Below, in pieces: positions 29,376-45,250 of a DNA stretch of 64,000 nucleotides. The stretch lies in the NCBI RefSeq assembly GCF_009914755.1, contig NC_060934.1. One strand, written 5' to 3'. The DNA is from the human T2T-CHM13v2.0 reference genome, Homo sapiens. A program made the position numbers and the translations under genes. The notes beneath the pieces are model-generated. The model was not told the DNA's origin, did no database searches, and was given only the letters and a program-made list of their open reading frames with translations. The stretch's first letter is position 1, and each line of letters begins with the position of its first letter.

Positions 29376-30344
29376 TCCTTTTAAGATTTATTCTGCTTAT
29401 TGGAGTTCCTTTATTCTGGAATTTTCCTTTTTAGGTGTTGCGGATTTGAAGCATTCCTTAAATGTTTCATGGCCACCATTTAGTATTTAAGACTGAAAAT
29501 TTTCTATTTCCAGCAGGGACATTTTTGTTTGAGATATAAGTAGGAACTTGAGGTGTTTACTGCTATAAGTACAGACTTTCATTTTCCTCTTTTGAGTCCC
29601 TAATTCACCTCACTGCATTCCACTTTTTCAGTTTCTGGAGCATTTCTGGCTGGTTTCAGAGGTAATAGGTTTGTTTCTACTTCTTTGGAATCTTTAATCT
29701 ATGGACACATAGCTCTAACTTCTATTAATACACACACGTATTAGCAACCCATATTCATTTTCACTCCTTTTACGTCTTCTTCTTAGCTACCAAAGGCTAG
29801 AAGCCAGCTGGGAACTTCATGTTTCAGAATTCTTTAGGAGTAGTGTTCTAATTTCGATTCTACCAATAAAAGCCACATGTTCAAGGTTTGGAAGTAGAGA
29901 AAAAAATTACCTTTGCAGGTACATGTGTTTTGCATATCACAGACATGAAATTTAGCAGGTAGTTTCCTGGTATTCTATTACAATCCTCCACTTTTGTGCT
30001 GAAGTCAGTTGATTCCCGATTTTCTCTCATTCCTGCAATTTTCCGATTTCCTAAAAGGTAGTAATGACTTTCTCTGATCTTCACTTCCTATACTTTTAAA
30101 CATTTTGTGACTCCCAATTATCTCTATTTAATCTTTCCCTGCTTCAAAAATAGAAATGTGCCCGGGGGTGCGAAGTCATTTCTCTGTTATTCACCCGCCT
30201 TTTCATGTCATACACTCTGCTTCATTAAAAAAAAAAAATCTAATTTCATCAAATACTGAGTTCATTTATCTGGTTCTCAAACTTTTAAAAGTTATTTCTT
30301 TTTTTCATTTTAATCTGACGCTTTTATTAATTTTTTGGATATTT

Positions 30345-30992
30345 TATTATAAATTTTTTTATTTTTTACTTTAAATTCTGGGATACATGTGCAGAATGTG
30401 CAGGTTTGTTACATAGGTAAACATGTGCCAGGGTGGTTTGCTGCACCCATCAACCTGTCATCTAGGTTTTAAGCCCTGCACACATTAGGTGTCTTTCCTA
30501 ATGCTCTCCCTCCCCTTCCCCCAACCATCAACAGGCCCAGTGTGTGATGTTCCCCTCCCTGTGTCCATGTGTTCTCATTGTTCAACTCCCACTGATGTGG
30601 TGTTTGGTTTTCTGTTCCTGTGTTAGTTTGCTGAGAATGATGATTTCCAGTTTCATCCATGTCCCTACAAAGGACACGAACTCATCCTTTTTTATGGATG
30701 TATAGTATTCCATGGTGTATATGTGCCACGTTTTCTTTATCCAGTCTATCATTGATAGGCATTTGGGTTGGTTCCAAGTCTTTGCTATTGTAAATAGTGC
30801 TGCAATAGACAAACGTGTGCATGTCTTTATAGTAGAATGATTTATAATCCTTTGGGTATATACCTACTAATGGGATTGCTGGGTCAAGTGGTATTTCTGG
30901 TTCTAGATCCTTGAGGAATCGCCACACTGTCTTTCACAACAGTTGAACTAATTTACCCTCCCACCAACAACGTAAAAGCGTTCCTATTTCTT
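30345..30992 (-). mobile_element. L1PA7/8-like 3' fragment
   Basis: TTCTGGGATACATGTGCAGAATGTGCAGG...CTAGGTTTTAAGCCC 3' UTR. Minus-strand ORFs give ORF2 C-terminal peptides ([14 protein letters not shown]). Confidence 0.92.
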
Positions 30993-32194
30993 TTAGCAAT
31001 TATTTATTTATTCAAGGAATAACTGAATACCACATTTAAGCCAATTCAGGGTGCATATAAAAAGGTGTTAAACCCTTCAAGCACTTATTGTAGTGATTAA
31101 GCCTCACATGGAATAAATAGTTAAAGTAGTCATTCAAGTAACAATTTCAATAAATATCAAATAAATATATGGAAAATAGAGAAGTCAGTATATTCAATAT
31201 GACATGGAGAGGAAATTGCAGGGGGAAGGGAAGACTCAAACTGGACCCTTGATAAAAGTGCTTTTGGGAAAGGTAGAGAGAAGGAGGGGCAAGAGAAAGA
31301 TGGAAAAGAATATACTTGCAAAGCCTTGGAACTAGAAATAATGGTAGCAACTTAGAAGCAGTAAGAATGAAACGGCATGAAGTGTAAATGATAAATCAGT
31401 TAGATTTATGAGCACAAGGTTACTAATGGCCTCAGAAACCAGGCCAACATCATTTTTATAAGAAATGGGAGTGGAGAATTATCGATCAGAGAAGATGGCA
31501 TGATTACACTGTATTTTGAGACAACCAGTTTAGCCTTTGATTTAGCTGGCATGAATGCTATGAGCCTCCAAGTTGCCAGTTGAATTTAAAGGGGATTAAG
31601 CTCTACAGCCAAGGGAGGCTCATTATTAGTAAGGTGGTGACAGGTACCCAGAATGCCAAGGGTGCAATTATAGAAAATAAAATGTGCACTAGGAAGGTGA
31701 GCAAAAAGCAGACGAAAAACAATGACATTTGTCTTTGTCAAATGATGTATCCAGAAAGTCCATAGAACTTCAGGTATTGGAGTCTGAGAGCTTTCATAAC
31801 TTTTGTTCTTGATTCCATAGTAGAAACTAAAATGCTGTTTGTTGTGATACAGTCTTTTAAACATGAGTAGCTCTATCTCTATTTCTTCTGTCTTTAAAGA
31901 TTCTTAGCCAGTCTCTATGAAATCTATCATTGTCAACACCATATTTACCAGCACAAAAGATTGAAGGCACAGACAGTCTGAGCTACAACCCTGTTAAGAC
32001 TCAGATAGAAATTAAAAGTGGAAAGGGATATATCGAAGATATATCAACAATTCTGAGCCTAGATAAGAATGAAAGAAAAATTCAGATTGGAGCTACCAGC
32101 TCACTGAAGAATAAGGTCATCTAGTTTTAAACATGTTTACTTGGAGATTTTAAAAGTCTTTTAAAACAGAAAATCTTTTAAAAACTATTTTTAA

Positions 32195-33908
<1,714 letters not shown>

Positions 33909-34320
33909 CTAGGTTTTTCATACTTGTTCATTACACATTTTGACCTTGGTTAGTTATAGTATCTTTGTTGGTGTTGGTGATTATTTGTAAATTATGTCAA
34001 ACCAAAATTTAATTTATTTGCTGTCTGGCAACTCACAATACTTTACTTCTTCAAAAGCTTTTGTTAACTTATTTCCCTCATCTTGTCCTTTCATATTATG
34101 ATCTCTTTCCTCACCTGGACCCAATTCTTGGGAGCAATCATATAAACAGAGTTCCAGAATTAGGAGAAAGAAATTAGTGTATGATGGTGTCATAGAACCG
34201 GGAATAACAGCATATAGCCTGCTATTCACAATACATGCATACCTGTACATGTATATCCATGTATGCATGCATGCCTATATATAAACACATACATATATAT
34301 GTACCTCTCATATATATGTA

Positions 34321-35172
34321 TGCATATAGGGGTGTTTTTATTTGTGTGTGTGTATAGATAGATAGGTAGATAGATAGATGGATGGATGGATGGATGGATG
34401 GATGGATGAATGGGTGGTAGGGAGGCTTTATGTCAATGTTTCTGTTTCTAAATCATCTAATCTAAAATAGTGTGCATTTGAGAAAGAGCCTAAGTGATTT
34501 TCAGGGACACAGAGTAATAAGATTAGATCACAGTCTCAATTCTGCTACTGACTGGTATCCAATGCTTTTTCAACTAGACAAAGAATTCTGAGAAGCTGTC
34601 TGATCAGACCTGTTGGGTGGCACGATATGCCCCAGGAGGGTTTTTCACTAGAATAAATTTTAATAGAAAATTGACTTAACCAGAAATCTGCCTCCCAATA
34701 TAGACATAAAGTCAAATATCTAAAACTTCTGAGGAAGAGCCGCCCCTCTTACTCCTACACTAGCAAAGAAACTTCTGCATGAAAAAAGGAGACTCCAGTT
34801 CAGGACGTTTTGTTTTATAGAAGCATATCACGTCTATAATTTATCTTGATCTCAGTTGTAAAACAGGTTTGGGTTTTCTCGTGTTTTGTTTCCCTTTTTC
34901 TTCTTCCACCTTTGCTTTTGCTTCCATATTTTTGGTTACTTTGGCATTTACTAAGAGTGAATCACTTAGGCTGTTTCTCAAACACACACTATTTTAGATT
35001 AGATGATTTAGTAACAGGAACATTGACATAAAGCCTTCCTATCCATCTATCTTTCTATGTATGTATGTATGTGTGTATCTATGTATCTATATATGTGTGT
35101 ATGTGTGTATCTATCATCTATCTTGGTATCTATACACACATATACACATATATAAAAACACACTGATATGCA
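34321..35172. repeat. Inverted duplication (arms about 34321-34499 and 34960-35172, spacer about 460 bp)
   Basis: Core 34418-34499 matches the reverse complement of 34960-35041 at 76/82 positions by manual alignment. The similarity continues through the GATA/TATC microsatellites. Confidence 0.9.
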
Positions 35173-36039
35173 CATTTAATGGATGTCTCTATGATCATAG
35201 GAGAAGCTGTGATATTCACGTCAAACCCACTGTTTGCCAGACTGGGGTGATTCATCAAAGTGTCAAAATAGTGTAGGGAGAAATAAAAACACAGCCTATG
35301 TAAGCTGGTAGCTCTAAACATCAAATTTCCACCCAACCCACAAACCCTACCCAGAAAAAACTTCAAAAGGGTTTTGCTTAAGATGTTCCCCCGCCCCCTT
35401 CAGGCAGTGTACCCTTAATGATACTGTATTGATTTTGTAATGTTTAATTTAAAAGGGCAGTCAGGCTAGTACATAATCTTGTGTTGAATAAGACAGGGTC
35501 ATTTATGTGGCAGTGCACCAGATGAAATGTAAAAGTACCAATTGACTAACAAGTACATAATTCAAGCCAAATCACATTAGGAGTGTTTGTGTAGACTTAA
35601 ACAAAAAGCATACCAACGGACGGTGGTGCATCTCTCCCTGGAAATCAAACTTGCACAAATGATATGGAGTTCTTAGAGTTGGGATTAAGAACTGACCCAC
35701 TGTGGGAATTCACTCTTGCCTCCTGACCAGTGGTAGAGACTACCCTCCCATGCTTTCTGGTTCTGTAATAGTCAATTTTTAAATTTGGAAAAGGCAATAA
35801 TAATTAGCCTGTATCATAGACTAATTCTGAGTGTTCATGAAACAGTACACAAAGTCCTTAGCATGCTGCCTGACATATTACAAATTTAATAGATGACTTT
35901 CATTCTTGTTCTTCTCCCTTATTCATTCATCCAGCAGATAATTGCTGAGTGTTTACTTACTGCTAGGTGCTGGGTGCCAGGCAAACAATAGATAAAGTTC
36001 ATGTTCTAGGTGGGAGAAGGGTCAGGGCAATAAACAAGG

Positions 36040-37007
36040 ATATTTATATGTATAATTGTATACATACATAAATTATATATAAATTATAAATCATATATAG
36101 TTATATATAAATTATAAATCATATATAACTATAATTATTATACATATAACTATAATTATTATACATATAACACATGTAAAATTATATGTATGTATAATTA
36201 TATGTTATGTAATATAGTACACATATAATATACACATATATGTATACATATGTAATAGGTATAATATACATATATTATATATGTATATATATATACATAT
36301 ATAATATATGTATATATATACATATATTATATATGTATATATATACATATATAATATATGTATATATATACATATATAATATATGTATATATATACATAT
36401 ATTATATATGTATATATATATATACATATATATACATATATATATGTATATAGGTATAATATACATATATACATATATACATATATGTATTATATATAAT
36501 ATATAATATATGTATAATAAAAATATATGTAGTATATATAATATAATATATTATGTATAATAATGTATATGTAATTGTATATAATATGTAGTATATATAA
36601 TACTATATATACTATTATATACTATAATGATATATACTATATAATATTTGTAATTTAAATTTATATATAATTATAACTATATATGTATAATACATACACA
36701 TATAATGTATCATGTATAGTTATAATTATATATAAATTTATATTACAAATATTATAAATAATATATAATTATATATCTATACTATATAGTTTATGTATGC
36801 TATACATATATTATATGTATTATATATTATATATGTATATTATAATATATGTATTATATATAAATATAGCTATAATATATAAATTTGTAGTGTTACAAAT
36901 TTATATAGTATATATTATATATTAATAATTGTACATAATTACGTTATTTATATATAATATCTATCTTTGTATCTATGTATCTTTTATATTTATATATATA
37001 ATTATAA
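36040..37007. repeat. TA-rich low-complexity/minisatellite tract of about 1 kb inside an L2 relic
   Basis: Directly visible. Includes tandem units of about 22-24 bp built on ATATGTATATATATACATAT. Confidence 0.95.
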
Positions 37008-40000
37008 TTGTTTATTGCCCCTGCCCTGACTATATGTATATATAGCCAGGTGGTAAAAATGCCATAACAACAACAAAAACACTAAGCCAATACGAAGGAA
37101 TCGGTGTGCTGGGTGATGGTAGGAGGAGTACGCTGCTACTTTGATAGGGTGGTTAGACAAGTCCTCTCTATGGTGGTGACCTGTGGACAGAAACCTGATA
37201 AGTAGGAGCGAGCAAGCCCTGTGGATGTCTGAGGAAAAGCAGTTCAGGCCGACAGGGAAGTAGGTGTAAGGCCCTGAGGCTGGAAAGTGCTTTCTTTCTT
37301 AGAGTTCAAGTCAAAGTCACATATAAGACAAAATGAAGAAATAATGAGAGGGAAAGGAGAAATTGAAGGATTTTGTTGTTAGAGGAGAAATGGAATTCAA
37401 AAGTAGCTATACTATACTCAGCACTTACTATATATGCTCACTTGTTTCAAAATAGGTGCTCAGTAAATGTTTGTTGAGTGGATTTACAAGCAGTTACAAT
37501 GTATTGCTACAGTTGATTGCTGTAGATACAGTTCTAAACACATTGTATGTGATATCACATGTAATCTCCACTATATAGATTAGTAAGCAACAGTCATATC
37601 ATCAGTAAAATGTTAAGATAAATTATTAAAGATAGATTGTGAATATTTATGAAATAGCCAACAGTCTAAGAGTGTGTTTATTTACAGGAATACAAACATT
37701 TCTTTCTATTGTTGATAGTCCCTAAATAATCAAGTCTTGGAATTGCAGATGATATTATAATTTCAGGTTGCATAAGAGTCTCATATTATCCTACCTCCAT
37801 AAGCTGAACAAGTCAGGACATTTTTTACCTAATGAACAAGTTGAAATAGAGCTACTTCAAAAAAAAAATGCATGGAATCAGATTCCACAAATCTAAAATG
37901 AAATTCTCTCCTTTCTCTCTAAGCACTTTCCCTCTTCAGCTTTTGTAATTTGTGAAATAAAAAGGAAGGGGTCCCTTATATTTCAGGTGCCCAGAATCAA
38001 CACTGTAATGTTTAAAACTCTTCCTTCTTCTTTATTCCCGTGGAAGTCCCAGCACACCCAGTGCTTGGGTCCTCCCAGTCATGCCCCAAACTATCTCTTT
38101 GAGCTGGCCTTTCCTCGCCACATTGACCATTAAGCCCTTTAAGACCATTTCTATTTTGACCTTGTAAACCATCACACTTGTGACCTCAGAGAGCAAACTA
38201 GTTCTAACTCACTAGTAATCTAGTCAATAAAGATAACAGTTTCCAGTTTTCTATTGAGTTGTATCTAAACTCTTTGTTCACCCATTTCTCAATCAGGAAG
38301 CTATGCTAATTTTGTAACTGGCATGGTTCAAGGTTCAGATGTAGGTGCAAAGATAAAGGTTTTATACAAAGTTATGACAGAAAGAACTTTGATTCTCAGA
38401 CTTATAACTAATAGCAGGATGAATATTCAATAGATATAGTAAGAGATTTAGCTGAATGAGAAGTTAGGATGCTCTTGGAAAAGTTCTGGTATCAAGTGAT
38501 ATTTTCTGATTTAATAACCACATAATAAGCACATTTTACGTGCCTCAGAATTTACCTGCTACAGCTTTGGTAGGTTCCAATAGGCAAGTGTGGGGTTCTT
38601 GCCTTGGAATTTACATTTTGCCACAACACTGATCACGATATGAAGCTTACCCTATGCACCCAGTAAATAGATAGTTGTGGCTCTGTTGCTAGTTGAGTTT
38701 GTCACCTTGAGGAAATATATTGAGCTCTTGCATATTTTTTGGATTAGATCTTCTCTAAATTTTCATGTAGCTCTTAAAGTCCATGGTCAAACTTGAGTTA
38801 GATAATCAGAAAATGTCCCTGCATGCTGAATATGTTTCCTTAAGGATTGTTCATAAGATCAAACATTAAGTATCCAGTAATAGAAGATTGGTTAAATAAA
38901 TTACGGCATATTATTATGATGGAATAACATGTTATTTTTAGTGACTGTAAATCTATTAGTACCTATTAACCATCATTCATTGTTGAATACAAAAACAGCT
39001 TGTATTCTCTGTGTTACATATATTATATATTTAAAAACAGTTAATCATACATAGTATTACCTCATTGATATTACATATTTATGGAAGGATATTAACCACA
39101 ATTAATTTCTGGAAGAAAAAATTTCAGGTAAATTCTATTTTTGCCTTTATATTTCCTTCATTGTTTGATTATTTTCACAATGTTCTTGGATCATCTTAAA
39201 ACTGAGATAAAAAAGCTGAACAAAATATTGGAAAAATAAAATTGACTACCATTGATTACCAAAATAAACATAAAATACAACCCTGTGATTATGTAAATGA
39301 ATGTGTTTTCCTTCTAGAAATTTCAGAGCTTCCTCAACTTATAATCAGAACAGAAATCCCATTTCATTCAAATATTAGAACATTCTAATGGTAGAAGGGA
39401 GAGTGGATAATGCAAATGTAGATGTCTAATATTATGATTATAGCCTTCTTGTCTGAATTTTAAAAACAATACAGTCATTTTCTGAGGCAATGTAATGAGT
39501 TCATGAAGAAAAATCAAATTCTCAATATACGGGTCTCTCACTTTCTTTTTATTTATCGGTCATAACATGCAATTAACCCATTAAAAAGATTTCCCTTCAA
39601 TGTCTCATGTGAAATGTGAACTGCTTCATTTCTTCCCTCTATCCCATGCGGTAAAAACCACAAAAGAATCATTGTACCTGAATCCAATTGGCAGAGCCCT
39701 TTTCAGTTTCAAAGTGGAACAGTTATTGCTGTTCTATGCCCCCTGCTTGAAATTCTGTATTCCCAATTTAGAGTGTCAAAAAGCAATGCCTAATTATTCT
39801 CATAGCAAAGATAATCACACCAATTATGATTTTTAAAAGAACTGAGGAGACAAAAGTATAGATAAGATTCACAAAGACAAGTTAGGGGGCGGGGGAAAGA
39901 GTGATTTTACATGTTACCAATCTGAACCTGCATAGTCTTTTCCTTTTGGAAAGAATAACAATATAAAATGTATGAAAGGATCACATTATCCTTATTAAAT

Positions 40001-40927
40001 CCTTTGGAGGCGGAAGATCCGTCATTCGTATCATCTTACTTATTCCCACGCATAAGGACCACTGCCAGCCTCCTGTTGGTAGCTGTCAAAACCCCACCTT
40101 CTGCCCACTCCAAAATGTATTTAAAAAAAAAAAAAGATTAGTGACAGCTCTAAGGAAATGAAAGTTGTGAAAGAAAATATTTTATTCAATCAAGAGAGTT
40201 TATCTTTAGATGACTCAATGGAATTTAGTAAAAGTTACAGAGAAACCATGAGTTGTAGATAAATTCCTAATCACCTCCCAAGGGCCTCACTTCTTGATAC
40301 CATCACATTGTGGGTTCGGGTTTCAGTATATTGAATTTTTGAGGGGACACAGAATTTTAGTCCATAGCACTCTTCAGTTTGCTCTTTGGAATTAGGCAAG
40401 AAACAAATTAATGAATAATCAAAACACATATGTGAACTTGTTTCTATTTTACTTCTAAACATAGGGAAAACTTATGCTACATTAATAATAGTATCACAAA
40501 TATTAATACAGTTATCTAGATTTTACTTTTAATACCTATCTCAAATATTTGATAATTCACCGTGAGATAGATTTTATTTTAAAATTTTACCTCACATTTT
40601 GGATCGTGTCAATCATGGTGATCAAAACAAGGTTGCATTTAATCTACAACCTACTAAGCCTGCAAAAAAATTCAACAAACAATTCATATATAAGCAATAT
40701 TGTGCTAGAATTTAAATGATAGGATCCCAGAGAATCTGAAGACTCTAAAACTTGCTGACACAGTGGAATATATCGTCACGACAGCACATCTTTTTTCCTG
40801 TTCTTTGTTCTTTATTTCCATAGGAAGACAACTCATTTTCTCAGACAATTTGAGAAAACTGCCATGTTAGAAATCCTTTTTTAGAGAAGATAGGTTATGT
40901 AAAAAGCAGTAGAAATGTGTATCTTTT

Positions 40928-41285
40928 TGTCTTAGTTCAAACTATTATAACAAAGTAGCATAGACCGAGGGGCTTGTAAACAACAACAATGTGTGTCTCA
41001 CAGTTCTGGAGGCTGGAAGTCCCAAATCAAGTTACCAGCATGGTTGGGTTCTGGTGAGGACCCTCTTCCAGGTTGCAGACTGGAAAATTCTTGTATCCTC
41101 GCATGGCCAATAGAGGAAGAGAAGAAGAAGCTGTCAGGCCTTTTAGGCACTCATTCCATTCATGAGGGTTCTACCTTCCTGACCTCTTCACTTCCCAAGG
41201 GCCCCGCCTGCTAACATCATCACACTGGGGCTTAGGGTCTCATTATATGAAGTTTTGAGGGGACACAGACTTGCAGTCCATAGCA
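40928..41285 (-). mobile_element. MLT1A-type MaLR solo LTR
   Basis: TGTCTTAG...CTCACAGTTCTGGAGGCTGGAAGTCC...CAGTCCATAGCA. Near-matching 5-bp flanks CTTTT/CCTTT. Confidence 0.88.
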
Positions 41286-43537
41286 CCTTTCAGTTTACTG
41301 TTTGGAATTAGGAGAGAAATCAATGAATGAATAAATTAGTAAGAACTTACTGCCTGTAACAAGAATGCACAGTATGGGTTGCAGTGAACACAGGTGGAGA
41401 CATAGGCGCCTGGCATCATTTTAAGCATCTCTGTAAATGAAGCAAGTGTGTAGTTGATATGGGGGACATTAGTTGACCTCCCTGCTGTCTGAGCTGCAAT
41501 GATTTCATCCCATTTTCTACGAATACTCTAGATGTCGTCAGAAAATAATGCCCAGAGCTGCCACATGGCTGAGATGCGGGCCTTCCTGAAAGTGTCACAC
41601 AAAGGGGTTCTCTGAGGACTCCCAGCCATGCACAGATCTCTTTTTCCCTCTCTGCCTGTTTCTCCACTCCCCCTCATGCCCACCCTCCTTCCACCCTTCC
41701 CTCAAATGTTCTGTAGCTGTCAGGTTTCTTTTATAGAAATAAGTGAAATTATAATGACACAAGAGTTAGACGTGCTGGAGATGAAAAGAAAGACTTTAAG
41801 GAAATAAAAAGGAATTGCCATGCTATTTGAAAGCCGTAAGAAGGAGGAAGGAGGGTAGATGAAGGATGTTACCCTGCTCGGGGACCTCTCTTCTTGCACA
41901 TTTGACTTTCAAAAATGCCTCTGATCATTTCCCAGGGAGCTGGTGATGAATTGAGTTGGATCCAAACCAAAGCCTTCACAGCTGGGGCTGGAAAACCTCG
42001 AGACCCAAAGACCCTCTCCTTCTGGCCCAAATGGTCATAGCCTCTTATGAGGAGCTCACTAGGTGTGACCTCTTCAAGAAGTTTGTCATTGAGAACAGAT
42101 GCCTTCCCACTTCCAGATTTTTATAACATTAGCCAGTTGTCTGTCGTATGCACGGGGGATATTCTGCTCAGGATTGATAACTGAGGTTGATGCTCTCTGT
42201 CCCGGTAGAAGCAGAGTATTAGAGCTTACAAAAATTTAGAGACTTATTGATTATAATAGCAAGCAAGCATTTGTATAGTACTTTACATTTTACAAAATGC
42301 ATTCATGGACTTTATCATCTTTGTTTTTGTTTTTTGGGTTTCTTTTTTTTTCCTAAAAATTGTGTGGGTCTTGTGTCCTTATCATCACCATTTTACAAAT
42401 TAAAAAGTGGTAAAAGTCACATACTTTGTAAGTACTAGAGCTAGATGTTAAACACAGACCTTTTATTTTAAAATATCTCATTTTATAGCTGAGGTAATTT
42501 ATGCTCAAAATGTTAAGTGACTTGCACAAGATCTCTCTCAATTCTAAATGCAGAAGCAAAGCAGACATCGAAATCCTGGGCTTCTTGATCCTGAACAAGC
42601 AGCCATGACTCCCTATGTTCTGGCTGAAGGAATTGTTTTGGTGTGAAATCTGTGTATTGTTTGTTGAGATAAGGCAGGTCTGGAGTGGAATATTGCAGCT
42701 TTAATTCTGAATATGATGAGGTTGCACTGTCTGTAGTGGAGCTGAGTGGAATTCCCTTAGGTATCTGGAACTAGTGTTCATGGAAGATACCTAGACAGGA
42801 GATACACACTTGGAATTCACTGGCAGTCAGACAGAAATTTAATCCAGAGGAATGGATAAAAATACCCAGCAGGAGTGCATTGAGCTAGAAGAGAAATGGA
42901 TTTATAATTTAGTGCTGGAAGGTGGCAACATTTAAGTCATAGGTAGGAGGTAATATTTTTGAGCAAAGATGAGAAGAAATAACCAGATAATCGGGTAAAC
43001 TGGGAAAGAGTTTTTCCCTGCAATCATAAAAATTTTTAAAATCTGCAAATTAAGTTTAGTAACTCATTTGGCAGCAAAGCTTGGCCTTACTGACGTGAGG
43101 ATGCATACTGAATTCAGGGCCTTCCTCGATTTACTGTAATAAAAAAAAACCTCAGATTAGAATCATGATCTGATTAAGTGAACCGTAATTCTCTGTCATT
43201 CTAAATCTACCCATCTTCTGCAACAACCAAACTAGAGACAAAAGGGGTTGTGATGGTGTTACCTACTTTTGCCGCCGTCGAGACCAAAATAGGGCATTGT
43301 CTTCAGAAGTTCTCTCAGCAACAGGTGTTGTGTGTGTCCTTGTCTTTTCCTAACATAACTCTTTGACGGAGAAAGCAAAAAGCCAACACAGGTAATCTGT
43401 CAACTCCTGAAGGCAGCCTTTCCAACTCTACACAAATTCAGGAAACAAACATGGAATGGGTTTGAGATAAGCCTGAGCCTATTGTGAGGTTGACTTTAGC
43501 TCAGCTTTTGTTTACCAAATGACTCCCTTGAGTCTCA

Positions 43538-44011
43538 TGATAAGGTTCAGGACATGGCACCCCAAAATATGGTGCCTTGTCATTTGAGAAAACAGCAGAA
43601 AACACCTTCCCCTAGCTCCTTCTCCCCTGAAGCAAGTTATAAGCACCTATGTGAGAGATGCTTTCCGTGTATCCAGAGACAGGGAGTGTCCTTATCTCTG
43701 AAAACACAGGGACACAGAGAAGAATCTAAACAAACGGACATTGATAAGTCCCCCAGCTTTGTACCATTAGATCATACCCCCTTAGTACAATCATACTTCT
43801 GCATGCCTGCCTGCTTTTTCATCAGATTTACCATAAAAATATACAGGTTTTCCTGTTTCTTTGGGTTAATTTCCTTATGAAGTCTTCTGTGGCATGTAAA
43901 ACATATGAAACAAATCTCTGTGTTTCCCTTTTGCTAGTCTATCTTTTGTTATAGAGACCTCAGCCATAAGCCTAACAAGGGATGAGGAAAACCAACTTTT
44001 CATCCCTTACA
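43538..44011 (+). mobile_element. MER34/MER39-type ERV1 solo LTR
   Basis: GGTTCAGGACATGGCACCCCAAAATATGG...CATCCCTTACA. Flanks CTCA/TTCA. Confidence 0.78.
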
Positions 44012-44029
44012 TTCACCCTAACAAGTAGA

Positions 44030-45250
44030 TCTTGGTGGCATTCTAGATCCCCAGAAATTACCATTCGCTCAGGGACACACTAAGAGCTCTGGCTGGATGT
44101 TTCCTTCTTACCGGTACACTGTTATCCTGGGTGTCGGTCACAGCTTTCACAGAGTCTTTACTAGAAGTTACCAAATACCTCCCTCTCTTCTGTCCTGGGT
44201 TTGTAAATTGATTGAGGTCAGAGTGAAGTGAGGAGTTGTGACTTCAATAAGGTTTCTTCAACCAGGCTGCTCTTGGGCTGGCCTGAACTTTTCTCATTGT
44301 ACAAATTTGGTAGAAGAAAGACAATGGTGCTATGCACTTATGTGACCCTAGGGATCCATGGGAATGCAGTCATAGGTGGGGAAGTGCTAGGCTGTGTCCT
44401 GTTATGGTTATTACACACACTGTGCCTCTGCCAGCTAAATGCCAAATGTTGGTCTCCAGCAGCCTGGGATCCTGCCATCCCCTCTGAAAATCAGGAGCCC
44501 CTTCATCAGCAAGGGTTCCCATTCAACAGCAGCTCTGAGCTCCTAGATACAGCTACGAGGGCTGGCTCACTACCTTCACTTGCCCTGGGTATTTCTCAAG
44601 ATTGGAATGGTCCCATCTTTCTGGTTCCCTCAGAGGCCATAGGCTAGTCTCAGGTGAGTGGTGGGATATAATATGATAAATCCATTCCACCACCCCTTTC
44701 TCGGTGGATATTTGGACTATTTCTTCAATCATATTCCAACAAATTTTGCAATGTTGCCTTCATTGAGACATTTTTAAAAAGAATGCAACTTGGGTTAATG
44801 GGATACAGTTTTGGTGGCGCCAGGTTTCATGATGGGGGCTTGTACCTGGTTGCGACCAGGGTATTTTGATCAGGGCGTGTATAGACTTACATTGAGTCAG
44901 ACAGGTTCTTAGAGTTGTACAGTTGATGTAAAACTGCCATAGTTTGTGTATAAGACTCTCAATCAGCCATGGGTATTTTGACCCAAGTGCTGGTTATAGT
45001 TAGTACTACACAAGTCACTGCTTACTTCTGTACAAGAAAAGATCTAAGCAAAAACATTTGGACCTCTGCAAAGCAAAGGCCACTGATCAGAGCCAAAAGG
45101 CAGGTGATCTGAATTTAAAAGGGCACAGGTGGGTGGGTGGTCTTAGAGGCTTTGCCCAGAAAAATGTGGCCTATCAAGAAAAGATGGCTACATGGGTCAT
45201 AACCCTTCCTTCTGAGATGGGACCTCGAGGTGAAGATGGCCTGTGCTAAC
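44030..45250 (-). mobile_element. Degenerate ERVL/MaLR internal sequence (gag remnant)
   Basis: Minus strand 44670-44738 translates WNMIEEIVQISTEKGVVEWIYHI, resembling the recalled ERV-L gag motif W..VEEGIQRLREIGMLEWIYH. Outer boundaries approximate. Confidence 0.6.

Noticed and set aside
36205-36506. Y/I-rich ORFs (also at 24367, 35061, 49564)
   Set aside because: Translations of TA/TG microsatellites.
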